Below, in pieces: positions 40,707-50,427 of a DNA stretch of 55,927 bases. Below the pieces are notes generated by a model. It was not told the DNA's origin, did no database searches, and was given only the letters and a program-made list of their open reading frames with translations. The stretch's first letter is position 1. Every line of letters starts with the position of its first letter. Made by a program: the position numbers and the translations under genes. This DNA comes from a virus (Duplodnaviria; Caudoviricetes), in IMG/VR virus record IMGVR_UViG_3300042389_000953, positions 1 to 55,927 of that record; one strand, given 5' to 3'.

Positions 40707-40858
40707 TTAGCTCCAAGGCAGAATATTTGGGCTGGACGGTTGTCATACAGTTTTTGGCAGGCTTGCCACTTTTGCGGCAACCACCACCAAGCGATTGCAA
40801 ATGTAATCAGAAGAGTTGCTACTGTGGCAATCGCAATGAACTTGTCGTCGTCAGTCAT
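40703..40858 (-). CDS. Small membrane protein
   Basis: MTDDDKF + TM helix + WWLPQKWQAC. Confidence 0.6.
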   Translation of the reverse strand: MTDDDKFIAIATVATLLITFAIAWWWLPQKWQACQKLYDNRPAQIFCLGAK

Positions 40859-41084
40859 TGCCACCCTCCAGCTCGGCGGCGATGGCGAGGAGTTCGGCGC
40901 GGATTTTGAGCTGACGGTTGAACACGTCAGCAGTGCAGTCGTCTGGGATGGGTGACGCCACCTGATCCGCTGCAGCTCGCAAGGCGGCGGCGAGGCACTC
41001 CACGTCACACTCCAATGGTTCATCTAGCCAAATGCTGCGATAGGCATCCAACACCGCCTGAGCGGCGGGGGAGAGTTCAATCAC
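40851..41084 (-). CDS. Hypothetical protein
   Basis: LSPAAQAVLDA...AAALRAAADQV...LLAIAAELE. Confidence 0.7.
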   Translation of the reverse strand: MIELSPAAQAVLDAYRSIWLDEPLECDVECLAAALRAAADQVASPIPDDCTADVFNRQLKIRAELLAIAAELEGGND

Positions 41085-41196
41085 AGCAGCACCTCACGAC
41101 AAAGGCCATGACCGTGGCCATCAACGCTAGCCAGGGATGATTGCCGATCGCCAGGCAGGCCGTGGCGATCATCAGCAGCCAGATCAGGTAGTACAT
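41077..41196 (-). CDS. Small hydrophobic protein (39 aa), not in ORF track
   Basis: MYYLIWLLMIATACLAIGNHPWLALMATVMAFVVRCCCD. Confidence 0.5.
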   Translation of the reverse strand: MYYLIWLLMIATACLAIGNHPWLALMATVMAFVVRCCCD

Positions 41197-41223
41197 CAGC
41201 CCAACTCCTCGCTGTAAAACGCG

Positions 41224-41421
41224 CTAAGGGGTCTCGCTGTAGAACGCGCTAAGGGGTCCGTAGACACGCTGCAGATCAGGGAAAGCCGCAAACAACGTAA
41301 GCCTGTTGGACGGATCTGCAGCCAAGCCTGCGTCAGCAAGCTTGCGCATAAAGTTGCCTCCGAACCTCTGCGCGGTAAGCAGGGTGTGGATTTGTTGCTC
41401 AGCAGTAAGGGGTGATGACAT
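41224..41421 (-). CDS. Hypothetical protein
   Basis: GG.F...LA.A...AD..N...L..AFP pattern. Confidence 0.65.
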   Translation of the reverse strand: MSSPLTAEQQIHTLLTAQRFGGNFMRKLADAGLAADPSNRLTLFAAFPDLQRVYGPLSAFYSETP

Positions 41422-41486
41422 AAGTGGTAAGTGGTAAGTGGTAAACGTAGAGCAGGAAGCGTCGCAGCTTAGGGAAGCGCCGCGGC

Positions 41487-41930
41487 TTAGGGGACGAACC
41501 ACCTGCGCTGGCCCGTTGACTCGATCCAAGCCTGGTACGCAGCCCGTGCTTTGTCAAGCACTTCCTGTTCGATCTCCCGAAGCTCGGCTTCGCCGAACTC
41601 CTCAACGAGCATAGCACGAAATTGTGCCTTGTAAATACGGTCGTATTCCGACCGCTGCAGCACCGTCGTACCGCCTTGCCGAAGGCTGTGCGCCTCGGTG
41701 GCGAACTTGAGCGCGATGCGCTTCTTGGTGCCGATCTTATGCAGCCAGTTCTGATCCAGAGGAATGCCGCTGGAACGCTCCTTGGCCTTGGCCTCGGTCA
41801 CAGCATCACTGAGCGCCGCAACAACGTCACTCAGCTCCTTATGAAATTCCATAAGTTCCAAGTCGCTAAGCTCGCGCAACTTGTCGAACTCAACTTCGGT
41901 GGACAAAGCGTTACTAAAAAACGTAAGCAT
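41487..41930 (-). CDS. Hypothetical helical protein
   Basis: Long ORF in leftward operon; start uncertain. Confidence 0.65.
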   Translation of the reverse strand: MLTFFSNALSTEVEFDKLRELSDLELMEFHKELSDVVAALSDAVTEAKAKERSSGIPLDQNWLHKIGTKKRIALKFATEAHSLRQGGTTVLQRSEYDRIYKAQFRAMLVEEFGEAELREIEQEVLDKARAAYQAWIESTGQRRWFVP

Positions 41931-42010
41931 CAACAGTAAGGGGGTGTGGGTAAGGGGAGGCCGCACATCGTAAGTGGTATGCGGCCGGTGGTGCAGCTAA
42001 GCAGCGCAGC

Positions 42011-42358
42011 TCAGACGGGGCAGGCCGCCTCAGCCTTAGCTTCAGCCTTGGCCTTGGGCTTACGGCCGCGCTTGGCGTCGGTCTCGGGGGGCTTCGGACC
42101 AGCAATCAGGTAGCAGCCGGTGCCATCCGCCTTCTTACGCACGGAGAATTTCACCGTGGTCGAGTTGGCAGTCATCGTGCCAGCCACCTGGCTGATGGTG
42201 GTGGCGCGGTAGCCGGCCTCGGCGTCGTGCGTGTCATAGGCGACCTCGATGGCCTCACCGACCTGCAGAGCGGCAAGCGCATTCCGCAGCGGGGTCGTTT
42301 TCGATGTGCGCGTGGCACGGCCCGGCAAATCCGCAGCCGACAGAACAGAGAACGTCAT
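42011..42358 (-). CDS. Basic hypothetical protein, possibly DNA-binding
   Basis: Lys/Ala-rich tail AKRGRKPKAKAEAKAE. Confidence 0.65.
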   Translation of the reverse strand: MTFSVLSAADLPGRATRTSKTTPLRNALAALQVGEAIEVAYDTHDAEAGYRATTISQVAGTMTANSTTVKFSVRKKADGTGCYLIAGPKPPETDAKRGRKPKAKAEAKAEAACPV

Positions 42359-42413
42359 AAGTGGTGCGTAAGACGCATGGAAAGCAGCAGCTTAAGCATG
42401 GCACAGCTCGATG

Positions 42414-42656
42414 TCAAGCCTGGAGTCTTCCCTGCACCTGATTCTGAATGCTCTTGCGTCTAAGCGCCTGGTCTTGTGCCTCGGCCAGGTTGTAGGCCGC
42501 GGCCTCGGTCGAACGCTTGATGGCCGAGTACAGCAGCTCCCGCGCATAAGCCGTGGTACGCATCCCGGCATCCTGCGCCAGCTGCTCCAGCAGCTCCGCC
42601 CTATGCGGATCCAGCAGGAGCTGGTAATACCGCTTGCTGCCGTGCAACCTCGCCAT
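42414..42656 (-). CDS. Putative ribbon-helix-helix-like DNA-binding protein
   Basis: YYQLLLDP.RAELL..LA...G...T...RE pattern. Confidence 0.55.
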   Translation of the reverse strand: MARLHGSKRYYQLLLDPHRAELLEQLAQDAGMRTTAYARELLYSAIKRSTEAAAYNLAEAQDQALRRKSIQNQVQGRLQA

Positions 42657-42681
42657 AAGTGGGTGTGACAATGTACTAAGC

Positions 42682-42897
42682 CTACCACCGCGCGGCGGGA
42701 TCGACGTGCTTCCGCCACGCATTGCTCTGCTGCCTCCGCGCCGAGCCGCGCTGCTTAGCGCACCCCTTCCTCACCAACCTGGCGAACTCCAAGAACTCCG
42801 CAGCCCGCTGCAGATCCGCAACGCTCGCCTGCCGCATCTCAGCCTGCAGCCACGCAACCATAATTTCGCGTCCCGTCCGCACTAAGCCGCGCCGCAT
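42682..42897 (-). CDS. Hypothetical protein
   Basis: A..ADLQRAA.FLE.AR.VR.G; directly downstream of polA. Confidence 0.6.
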   Translation of the reverse strand: MRRGLVRTGREIMVAWLQAEMRQASVADLQRAAEFLEFARLVRKGCAKQRGSARRQQSNAWRKHVDPAARW

Positions 42898-42951
42898 CGC
42901 GCCACAAGCTAAGCAGCGCTGTACGCCGCCGCTTAGCCCGCCGCCCCACAC

Positions 42952-44820
42952 CTACTTAGCGTCGGCCCAGGTTTTGCCGTAATTGGCCTCGGCCAGCGCC
43001 GGGATTTCACCCAGCCATAAGCTCTCTGCGCTCTCCATGCACTCCTGCAATATCCCCATCCACTTGGTTTCCTCCCCTTCCTTGACAAGCAGCAAAATTT
43101 CGTCGTGAATAACAGCGGCTAAGCGGGCCTCAGCTTCGCTGGCACGGCTTAGTGCGGGCCACAGCTTGCCCAACGCACACTTCAAAATCGCCGCACCACT
43201 CCCCTGCACCGGCGTATTACACCTGACAGTAACCCTATTCATATCCCCAGGCAAGTAACGCCGCATCCCACTAAGCGGAATGCGAGTCTCAGCCCACTTG
43301 TTCCCGCTCGACTCGTAACTAATTTGTGCATTGCGCTTTTGCCACTCGTTAACGCCGCTATAAGTGCTGTGGAACGTATCCCTAATCTGCTGCGCTTCCT
43401 CAAGCGTCATAGTAATACCCATAGCACCGGCATAATCCCTAAGACCACTCGCACCCGCGCCATACAACAAGCCGAAATTTGCAGACTTAGCCACTTGCCT
43501 GCGTTGTTTCATCTCCTTAGCGTCCTCAACCGGCTCGCCATAAATCGCCTCAGCGGTAATGGTGTGCAAGTCCTTGTCTGCCTGGAACGCTGCAATCATC
43601 GTTTCGTCCTCGGCAACGGCCGCGGCCAAACGCAGCTCCATTTGCCCGAAGTCAGCGCACACAAAGTTCCAGCCTTCCGGCGCCTCAGCGGCAACCCTAA
43701 ACGAATTGTCACGCGGAACTTGCTGCAGATTCGGCTCAACACAACTCATGCGTCCAGTTTCTGTACCCAACTGCATATAACCAGAACGAATAAAGCTATC
43801 GTCTTGCTGATGCTTTATGAGTGAGCACACCATCTGCCTACGCTTCTCGGCACGCTTCCACAGCAAGTAGGTCTGGACAACAGCGTGGTCCGCTGCGTAA
43901 GTACGAAGCGACTTCCGTGACGCACTCGGTTTACCGTCCAACAACGGAACAGTCCCAAGAAGCGTTGTAAATTTCGCAATAAGCTGCTTCGGCGAGTTCA
44001 GGTTGAATCCCGCCGGCTTCTTCGTACCAAGCCTTACAGCGCCTTCTGCCCTGGCCCGCAGGTTGAAGCTTCCGTCCTCGTCGCGGGGCAGCTTCTCCGA
44101 CTCCGGCAGCGCCGCATCCAAATCCTCGACGAACTTTTTGCCGTACATCTCGATGTCGCGCTCCAGCGATTCCTGCACCTCGACAAGCTTCTGCCGATTG
44201 AACGGGAGCCCGGTGCGCTGCATCTGCGCCATGGCCGGCAAGCACTTGCACTCCAACCCGAACGCTGCCGTGAGGCGTGCCACCGCCAACCGTTCCTGCA
44301 GCACTAGATCGAGATCGAGCAGCGCCTGCACGTCCGCTGCCGCGTAGGCCAGCTGTTCCTTGCTCAGGACTGGTGCGCTCCAATCGCTCGCCTGCAACTC
44401 CTTGCTGAGCGTGCGCTCCAGGTAACGCTCCACCACAAACCCCAAGCCATGCTTGAGATTCGGAACACCATTGGTAAGCAGCTTAGATGCCAACATTGTG
44501 CAGTAAGTCACGCCGTTGGGAATAATGCCGTGCTCCTGCAACCAACCCAAATCAAACACCGCATTGTGCGCGATGTAAGTGCGCGGTGTAGCAAAAAAGT
44601 CCCTTACTTGCTGCCACCCCTTCTCATCCAGCTCCCAGCAGTCAATAACAACAATGGCGCGGTCGCGGGCACCGATCTGCAGCAACCGCAGCCCACCAAC
44701 AACCGGCTGCAGCCCAGTGGTCTCTGAGTCAAACGCCACCGTCACCGACGCGGCAACCTTCCACAAATGCTCAACACCAAACAGAACAGGCGGCATAGCC
44801 GACGCAACAGGCTCAGACAT
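42952..44820 (-). CDS. polA: DNA polymerase family A with 3'-5' exonuclease
   Basis: FDSETTG, HNAVFD, YAAAD; TGRMS...PNLQQVPR, ADFGQMELR, RQVAKSANFGLLYG, IHDE. Confidence 0.97.
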   Translation of the reverse strand: MSEPVASAMPPVLFGVEHLWKVAASVTVAFDSETTGLQPVVGGLRLLQIGARDRAIVVIDCWELDEKGWQQVRDFFATPRTYIAHNAVFDLGWLQEHGIIPNGVTYCTMLASKLLTNGVPNLKHGLGFVVERYLERTLSKELQASDWSAPVLSKEQLAYAAADVQALLDLDLVLQERLAVARLTAAFGLECKCLPAMAQMQRTGLPFNRQKLVEVQESLERDIEMYGKKFVEDLDAALPESEKLPRDEDGSFNLRARAEGAVRLGTKKPAGFNLNSPKQLIAKFTTLLGTVPLLDGKPSASRKSLRTYAADHAVVQTYLLWKRAEKRRQMVCSLIKHQQDDSFIRSGYMQLGTETGRMSCVEPNLQQVPRDNSFRVAAEAPEGWNFVCADFGQMELRLAAAVAEDETMIAAFQADKDLHTITAEAIYGEPVEDAKEMKQRRQVAKSANFGLLYGAGASGLRDYAGAMGITMTLEEAQQIRDTFHSTYSGVNEWQKRNAQISYESSGNKWAETRIPLSGMRRYLPGDMNRVTVRCNTPVQGSGAAILKCALGKLWPALSRASEAEARLAAVIHDEILLLVKEGEETKWMGILQECMESAESLWLGEIPALAEANYGKTWADAK

Positions 44821-44902
44821 AGATCCAAAGCGATAAAGAGACGCCCCAGCCTAAGCCTGGAGCGCCCCTTACCCTAGCACACCGTAAGCGGTGGCGCCAC
44901 GC

Positions 44903-45124
44903 TCACACGCTCGGCGACTTGCCCACCCTGCCGCTGGTCCGTGGCGTCGATCCAGGCGGCTTGGCATCCTCGCGCCAGCCATGCGGCGGCTCTGGCATCC
45001 ACGCCGCCAACTGCACAAGGAACGCCGTCAACCGCTCCTCGTCCTGCTTGGCCTTGCGCAGCGCTTTACTCACGTTGCGTCCCACGAGTCTCGCCTCCGT
45101 GGGGGTAGCGCCGCTCACTTCCAC
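44903..45124 (-). CDS. Hypothetical protein
   Basis: ORF between primase and polA. Confidence 0.45.
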   Translation of the reverse strand: MEVSGATPTEARLVGRNVSKALRKAKQDEERLTAFLVQLAAWMPEPPHGWREDAKPPGSTPRTSGRVGKSPSV

Positions 45125-47622
45125 AGCTCCTCCGCCTCCCGCCGCAGCCGCTCCAGCTCCTCGACGCTCCGCTCAGTGGGCTCAGCGAGCCTCGCGCGTA
45201 TAGTTTCCGTATCTGTCCCATCAGGGCCACTTCGCTTGCGCTGCAACGGCTTTGCAATGGGACACACTTCCTCTTTTTCGGGAAGTGTCCCATCTGTCGT
45301 ACCAGCACCGCTCACGTTTTCCACAACCACACCCTCACCTGTGGAAAACTCCTCATCGCTAATGGGACACACCCCCTCGTTTTCACCCCCCTGTCCCATT
45401 GCAGAATCCGTTCCAGCACAAGGATTTTGCCCTATGGGACACGTTCTACCTACTTCTACGCGCGAGGAACTTAAAACCGCCTGGTAATGGTGGAGCGCCT
45501 TACCCCCTTTCTCGGCCTGAGTCTTATCTGCGACACAGATGAGACCGCGCTTCTCCAAGCGCTGCAGCGCCTTCCTGATCGCTGTGACCCTGCCGCCCAC
45601 GATCGGATCGGCGTTCAGCTCTGCCCTGGTACGCGCCTCGGGGTAGATCACGCGCAACCGCGCCAGCACGCGGTCGGTGATGGCGCTGGGGCCTGTCTCC
45701 GCTGGATCGACCTCTGGCACGTAGTCGCTGAGGGTGAAGGTCAGGTCGTCTTCCAGCTTCAGCAGCAGCCCTGTGCCCCCACGACCGCTCCGCGACTTCT
45801 CGATGGCTATGAGACGCGCATTCGCCCCCACAGCCTCCTGCTGGCGCTCTGAGGGCCGTTTCAGCGCCCACACCTCATCCACGGCATCCCTAATTGCCGA
45901 AGTCCCCCTAAAGCCGCCCTGCTTATTCGCGTGGTGAATAATTACGATGGTTGCTGCCGGAAACAGCACACCATTATTTCGCGTAAGCCAATACAGCGGC
46001 GTAGCAAAATCACTCTTGTTCTCATCGAACGCCTTACCACCACTACACCCAATAAGCGAATCAATCACCACAAGGCTTGGCCGTAGCTCCTCCATAAGGC
46101 TTATGAACTGGGCGTAGCGCTGGAGCGCCCAGTCGGTGCGGATCGTGACCGGCGCGTGAGCGGGCATCTCGACCTCCTGGAGCTGCTCCTGGAGCTGCAC
46201 CAGCGGCTGGTCGCCGTTCAGCAGCAACACAGGCCCCTGCTGGACCGGCACATGCTTCCCGCGAATGACGAACGGCAGCCCCATCGCAACATGCTTCGCC
46301 ATCGTCCACGCCGCCATTGACTTACCATCGCCACCAGCCCCATAAATGAGTACAACAGACGGGCTAGGCAGCAGATCAGGAATGAGGTACTTACGCTCAA
46401 ACTCCTGCTCCATAAGTTGCGCGATCGACATGGTATCTGTCTGACCCTCGTACTGGATCTGATCAACCAGCAACCGCTCCAGCGCCTCCTTATCCCTATA
46501 CCCCGACTCCACCGCCAGCGCGTGCATCTTGTAATTCAGTTCCGCCGGATTATCAATCTGCAACACCTCCTTAGCCCGCCTAATTACTTCGGCGAAGTCG
46601 AGTACGACATGGCGGTAAGCCTGAGCCTGTGTGCTCTCGACCTCCTCAAGCGTTGCCCTGCTGGAGTCCTGAAATCGCAACCTCCCTGGGTCGTACTCAT
46701 CCGCCAGCTTCACCAAGCTGCCCAGCCCCAGGTTCCCCGGCTTCCCGACCCGCTCCACAAGGCGCGGCCACTTCTCCTCGCACGGGTTCCCCTTCGTCCA
46801 GTCGTCTTCAAACGCCGGGTCTTGCTCGCTCCATGCCGTCCACAGCGCCAAGCCCATCTCACTTGGCAGCGCCTCAGCCACCATCGCGCCGATCTGCCAC
46901 CACTGATCCTCACTCCCCCTGCCCAGGTGGGGCATGACCTGCAGGCAGTCGTGAACGATCTCTGCAACCTCATCGCTGGTCCGACCCGAGAAGTCCAGGC
47001 CGCGGCGATTCTTCACCAGGCCCTGCACCGGCGCATCCGCCTGCTTCCGCGCCCGCATCTCAGCGAGCAACCACTCCGGCGCATCGGGAATCGCATCAAA
47101 GCTCCCCGAAACCAGCTTGTAGTGCCCCGGCTTGGCCTTACCGTCCCTCGACCCCGGATAAGCACCGGCAATTACGCCCTGCATCCCCCATAAGATTTCG
47201 TAGCCGCTGTTTCCTTGGCTAAGCGTCATACCGCGCACTAAGGCGCGTTGATCGGCTGGCACGCGAAAAACGAACTTGGCCGCATTCGGTTTTGTGCTTC
47301 GCACTTGCGGAGCATCGGCAATGGAATCGCCCCACTTCTTAAGCAGCGCAGCAAGATTCGCATCGACATCCAGAATTACGATGCCGTCGCTGCGGATGCC
47401 TGTGAACAGGCCCACGGCCTGGAACGTCTCGGGCTTCTGCTCCAGCAGCAACGCCACATCCTCCGGGTTGAACCGGCGGTGGTGGGACGCCTCATGTGGC
47501 GCCTTCCCTTGGCTCTCCGACTCGTGCTTCCCGAACTTGACCCCTTTGGCGTAGATGGGGGCGTAAGCGGGGCCTACAGGCAGTGTTCGCACGAAGCGAA
47601 TCAGCCCTTGGTGCGTGTTCAT
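45115..47622 (-). CDS. Primase-helicase (prim-pol + PriCT-2 + AAA_25/RecA-like ATPase)
   Basis: ILDVD; W.QIG.M....W..WS; GAGGDGKS, VVIDS, IIHHANK..RGTSAI. Confidence 0.9.
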   Translation of the reverse strand: MNTHQGLIRFVRTLPVGPAYAPIYAKGVKFGKHESESQGKAPHEASHHRRFNPEDVALLLEQKPETFQAVGLFTGIRSDGIVILDVDANLAALLKKWGDSIADAPQVRSTKPNAAKFVFRVPADQRALVRGMTLSQGNSGYEILWGMQGVIAGAYPGSRDGKAKPGHYKLVSGSFDAIPDAPEWLLAEMRARKQADAPVQGLVKNRRGLDFSGRTSDEVAEIVHDCLQVMPHLGRGSEDQWWQIGAMVAEALPSEMGLALWTAWSEQDPAFEDDWTKGNPCEEKWPRLVERVGKPGNLGLGSLVKLADEYDPGRLRFQDSSRATLEEVESTQAQAYRHVVLDFAEVIRRAKEVLQIDNPAELNYKMHALAVESGYRDKEALERLLVDQIQYEGQTDTMSIAQLMEQEFERKYLIPDLLPSPSVVLIYGAGGDGKSMAAWTMAKHVAMGLPFVIRGKHVPVQQGPVLLLNGDQPLVQLQEQLQEVEMPAHAPVTIRTDWALQRYAQFISLMEELRPSLVVIDSLIGCSGGKAFDENKSDFATPLYWLTRNNGVLFPAATIVIIHHANKQGGFRGTSAIRDAVDEVWALKRPSERQQEAVGANARLIAIEKSRSGRGGTGLLLKLEDDLTFTLSDYVPEVDPAETGPSAITDRVLARLRVIYPEARTRAELNADPIVGGRVTAIRKALQRLEKRGLICVADKTQAEKGGKALHHYQAVLSSSRVEVGRTCPIGQNPCAGTDSAMGQGGENEGVCPISDEEFSTGEGVVVENVSGAGTTDGTLPEKEEVCPIAKPLQRKRSGPDGTDTETIRARLAEPTERSVEELERLRREAEELWK

Positions 47623-47819
47623 GCGCTACAATCCTATGCGTGAAGAGGCATCGCGCCCCTCGACAGCCCAGCTGTGAGGGGCGTTTTTCACTGTAAGCCC
47701 TTGGCCTTGAAAGCGCAACGATGTACTACGCCATGGGTTGCCAGCCGTGCTACGCTGCGTAAGCACTCGGCACCGCCCCTCCGGGCACCGCCTCCTGCAT
47801 CCACACCCCACAACCTCTT

Positions 47820-48398
47820 ATGGGACTCCTTTCCAAGACCGCCCAAGCCGCCGTCGCTGGCGGTGGCGCCTACCTGAACCCCGGCAAGATCGCCGCGGGC
47901 TCGGCCGTCCGCTTCTGCCTGCTCAGCGAAGAACCGCTTGAGTTCTACGAGTGCTGGGGCGAAGGCGCCGACGGCAAGGCCAAACCCTTCCGCTTCGACT
48001 CCGAGCCCAGCCCCGACGACATCGCGCTGGCCATGGGCGACTTCAAGCGCCGCATGAACCGCGAGGGCAACGGCTTTGAGGCTGTCAAGTTCTGTCTCGC
48101 CATCCCCTGCTACAACTTTGAGGCAGCTCAGGTGCAAGTCCTGCAGCTCAGCCAGAAGTCGATCATCCGCGAACTCGACGCGGTAAGCCAGATGGAGGAC
48201 TACTCCGACATCCTGGCCATCGACTTCCTGCTCGGCAAGGAGGGCAGCGGCCTGAACACCGAATACAAGCTCACCCCCGTCCCCCGCAAGAAGGGTGCCG
48301 ACAAGGCCATCGCCGAAGCCTGGGAAGAGACCCGCTCCGCCGGCTTCGACATCAGCAGGCTGCTGGACGGCGCCGATCCCTTCAAGCCCGCCGAATAA
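47820..48398 (+). CDS. Putative single-stranded DNA-binding protein
   Basis: GG.YLNP.K...VRF, KP.RF, Q.SI..EL, TEYKL.P.P, DPF end; next to exonuclease. Confidence 0.7.
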   Translation: MGLLSKTAQAAVAGGGAYLNPGKIAAGSAVRFCLLSEEPLEFYECWGEGADGKAKPFRFDSEPSPDDIALAMGDFKRRMNREGNGFEAVKFCLAIPCYNFEAAQVQVLQLSQKSIIRELDAVSQMEDYSDILAIDFLLGKEGSGLNTEYKLTPVPRKKGADKAIAEAWEETRSAGFDISRLLDGADPFKPAE

Positions 48399-48496
48399 GC
48401 TGCGGCACCGCTAAGCGTAAGCTGCTGCACACATAAGCTGATGTGCGGTAGATTCACCCTTACGCTTAGTTGGGTATGAGTACGCATGAGGAGTAA

Positions 48497-49378
48497 GTGT
48501 TGCACCACTTACTCCTTTTTTGTGTAAGCTGTTACAGCTACGTTGCGTTGCTGTCGTTGTCCACTCTTGATCCCACCGAAGCACTAAGCGGCTTAGCTAA
48601 GTGGAAGCTGGAGCGTGACGACGAAAGTGACCCTAATGGGCGTATTTACCGCGATAAGCAGGGTGAAATTTACCATAGCGTTACCCGTATTCTTAAAGAG
48701 ACCAGTAATAGCAAGGCGGCGTTGGAAGCTTGGGCCGCCCGCTTAGGCGAAGAACGCGCCGCCCAGGAGCGCGACACCGCAGCGCAACGCGGCACGCTCA
48801 CCCACAACTGCGCCGAGTACCTGCTGCGCACCGCCAAGCGCATGGCCGACTCCACCGCTAAGCGCCGCAACTCCTGGTACACGAAATCAGACGGCCTAGG
48901 CCGCGCTCCGGCTCCTCTCACCAGATGGGCACTTACCCAGGTGCTGCCCAGCGTCCCTAAGGCCGGTCTTAGTGCTGCCGGCTATCGCCGCGGCTTGCTC
49001 GGCTGGATAAGCGAAAACGTAACCGCAATCCACGCCATTGAATTTAGCGTGCATCATCCTGCAGGTTTCGCCGGCACCTGCGACGGACTAATCGACTATA
49101 AAGGTAAGGGGCCTTTCGTCGCAGACTGGAAAACCTCCTTCAACAAACGCTCCGAAGAACTCCTTACCGACTACACCGACCAGATCGGCGCCTACAGCCT
49201 CGGCCTACGCCACCTAACCGGCATCCAAGCCGTAGGCGGCCTCATCGTCGTAGCACGCCGCGCCGGTAAGCCGGATGTGCGCGAACTAAGCGCCTTGGAA
49301 GTGCGTGGCGCCGAATGCCGCTACTTAGAGCGCTGCGAAGCCTACTTCGATGCGTTGCATAAGCAGCTAAGCAGCTGA
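48497..49378 (+). CDS. PD-(D/E)XK exonuclease (Cas4/RecB-like); true start probably downstream
   Basis: HSVTRIL, RGT..H, FAGTCD.L, DWKTS, Q..AY. Confidence 0.88.
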   Translation: MLHHLLLFCVSCYSYVALLSLSTLDPTEALSGLAKWKLERDDESDPNGRIYRDKQGEIYHSVTRILKETSNSKAALEAWAARLGEERAAQERDTAAQRGTLTHNCAEYLLRTAKRMADSTAKRRNSWYTKSDGLGRAPAPLTRWALTQVLPSVPKAGLSAAGYRRGLLGWISENVTAIHAIEFSVHHPAGFAGTCDGLIDYKGKGPFVADWKTSFNKRSEELLTDYTDQIGAYSLGLRHLTGIQAVGGLIVVARRAGKPDVRELSALEVRGAECRYLERCEAYFDALHKQLSS

Positions 49379-49480
49379 GCGGTTGCGCAGCGTACGGCGA
49401 TAAGTCTTGTCACCTAAAATGGTTGGAGCTGCGGCGTAACAGCGCCCAGCTCCCGGATCACTCACCGAAATTGAGCAACC

Positions 49481-50242
49481 ATGGATATTCAAGCAAACCT
49501 CGGCGGCCTCTGGACCTGCGATCTCGGTGAGATCCGCATGACACCCCAGGGACAGCCCAGCGTTTTCGACATGATCAAGGTGCTTGGGGGGAGTAGCAAC
49601 CCCAGACGCGACTGGGCGCGTATCACTGAGTCCCACCCTGAGGTTGTACCAAAAACGGACAACCTCAAGTTCCCCGGCCCCGGCCAGCGTGAAACCCCGA
49701 TCGCCCGCACCAAGGAGGACGCCTACTACATCCTCGGCTTGCTGCCTGGAGCGGTCGGCCGGAAATACCGCGAGCAGGCCGCTGAACTGTTCAGCCGGTT
49801 CCTTGACGACCCCGCCTCAGTTGCGTCAGCCGCTGTCGAGCGGATGTCTGACGAGGAGCGCGATCGGCTTGAAGCCCGCCTAAAGGGAAAACGTACCAGG
49901 CATGTGTTTACAGATGTGCTTAAAGATCATGGAGTAGTGCAAGTGGGATACGGGAACTGCACTAATGCGGTTTATGTGCAAATACTTGGAGCTACCGCAC
50001 GACAGCTAAAAGTAGGAATTGCCGCCACTAAAAACCTACCCGTGCAGCGCGTAAACCCCCGCGATCACTTCTCGGTACAGCAGCTCGGCGACGTTGAAAC
50101 CGCAGAGCGTATTGCAGCCGGCCAAATTCGCCGCCACTCCGCGCACGGAAACACTGCCGTAGAGCACGTAGTCCTCCACAGCGCCGCCTACACACGTCGC
50201 CTTCTCGACGGCGATATTGACATACCCGGCCTAAGCCACTAA
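49481..50242 (+). CDS. Antirepressor-like DNA-binding protein (Bro-N/KilA-like N-terminus, DinD-like C-terminus)
   Basis: SVFDMI....NPR..W.R, FPGPGQRETP; TN.VY...G.TA..LK...N.RD. Confidence 0.6.
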   Translation: MDIQANLGGLWTCDLGEIRMTPQGQPSVFDMIKVLGGSSNPRRDWARITESHPEVVPKTDNLKFPGPGQRETPIARTKEDAYYILGLLPGAVGRKYREQAAELFSRFLDDPASVASAAVERMSDEERDRLEARLKGKRTRHVFTDVLKDHGVVQVGYGNCTNAVYVQILGATARQLKVGIAATKNLPVQRVNPRDHFSVQQLGDVETAERIAAGQIRRHSAHGNTAVEHVVLHSAAYTRRLLDGDIDIPGLSH

Positions 50243-50325
50243 GCTGGTTGGCGTGCTCCTCCTCCGGGGCGGTTAGGTCCAACTCCCAGACGTTTTGCGG
50301 CGTGGGGGGAGTTGGGTTTGTTTCT

Positions 50326-50364
50326 GAGAGACCTCCCGGTTGGCGCCGGGGGGTCTTTCGCTTT
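50326..50364 (+). terminator. Putative intrinsic terminator
   Basis: Stem GAGAGACCTCCCGG / CCGGGGGGTCTTTC, interrupted T tail. Confidence 0.6.
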
Positions 50365-50427
50365 GTTGGCTCAGCGCTGCTTAGCACCCGCACCCCTTAG
50401 CCTCTTAGCACTGCAGCGCCCCCACTT

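Noticed and set aside
48497-49378. CRISPR-associated Cas4
   Set aside because: No Fe-S Cys cluster or cas context; sits by SSB as a phage exonuclease
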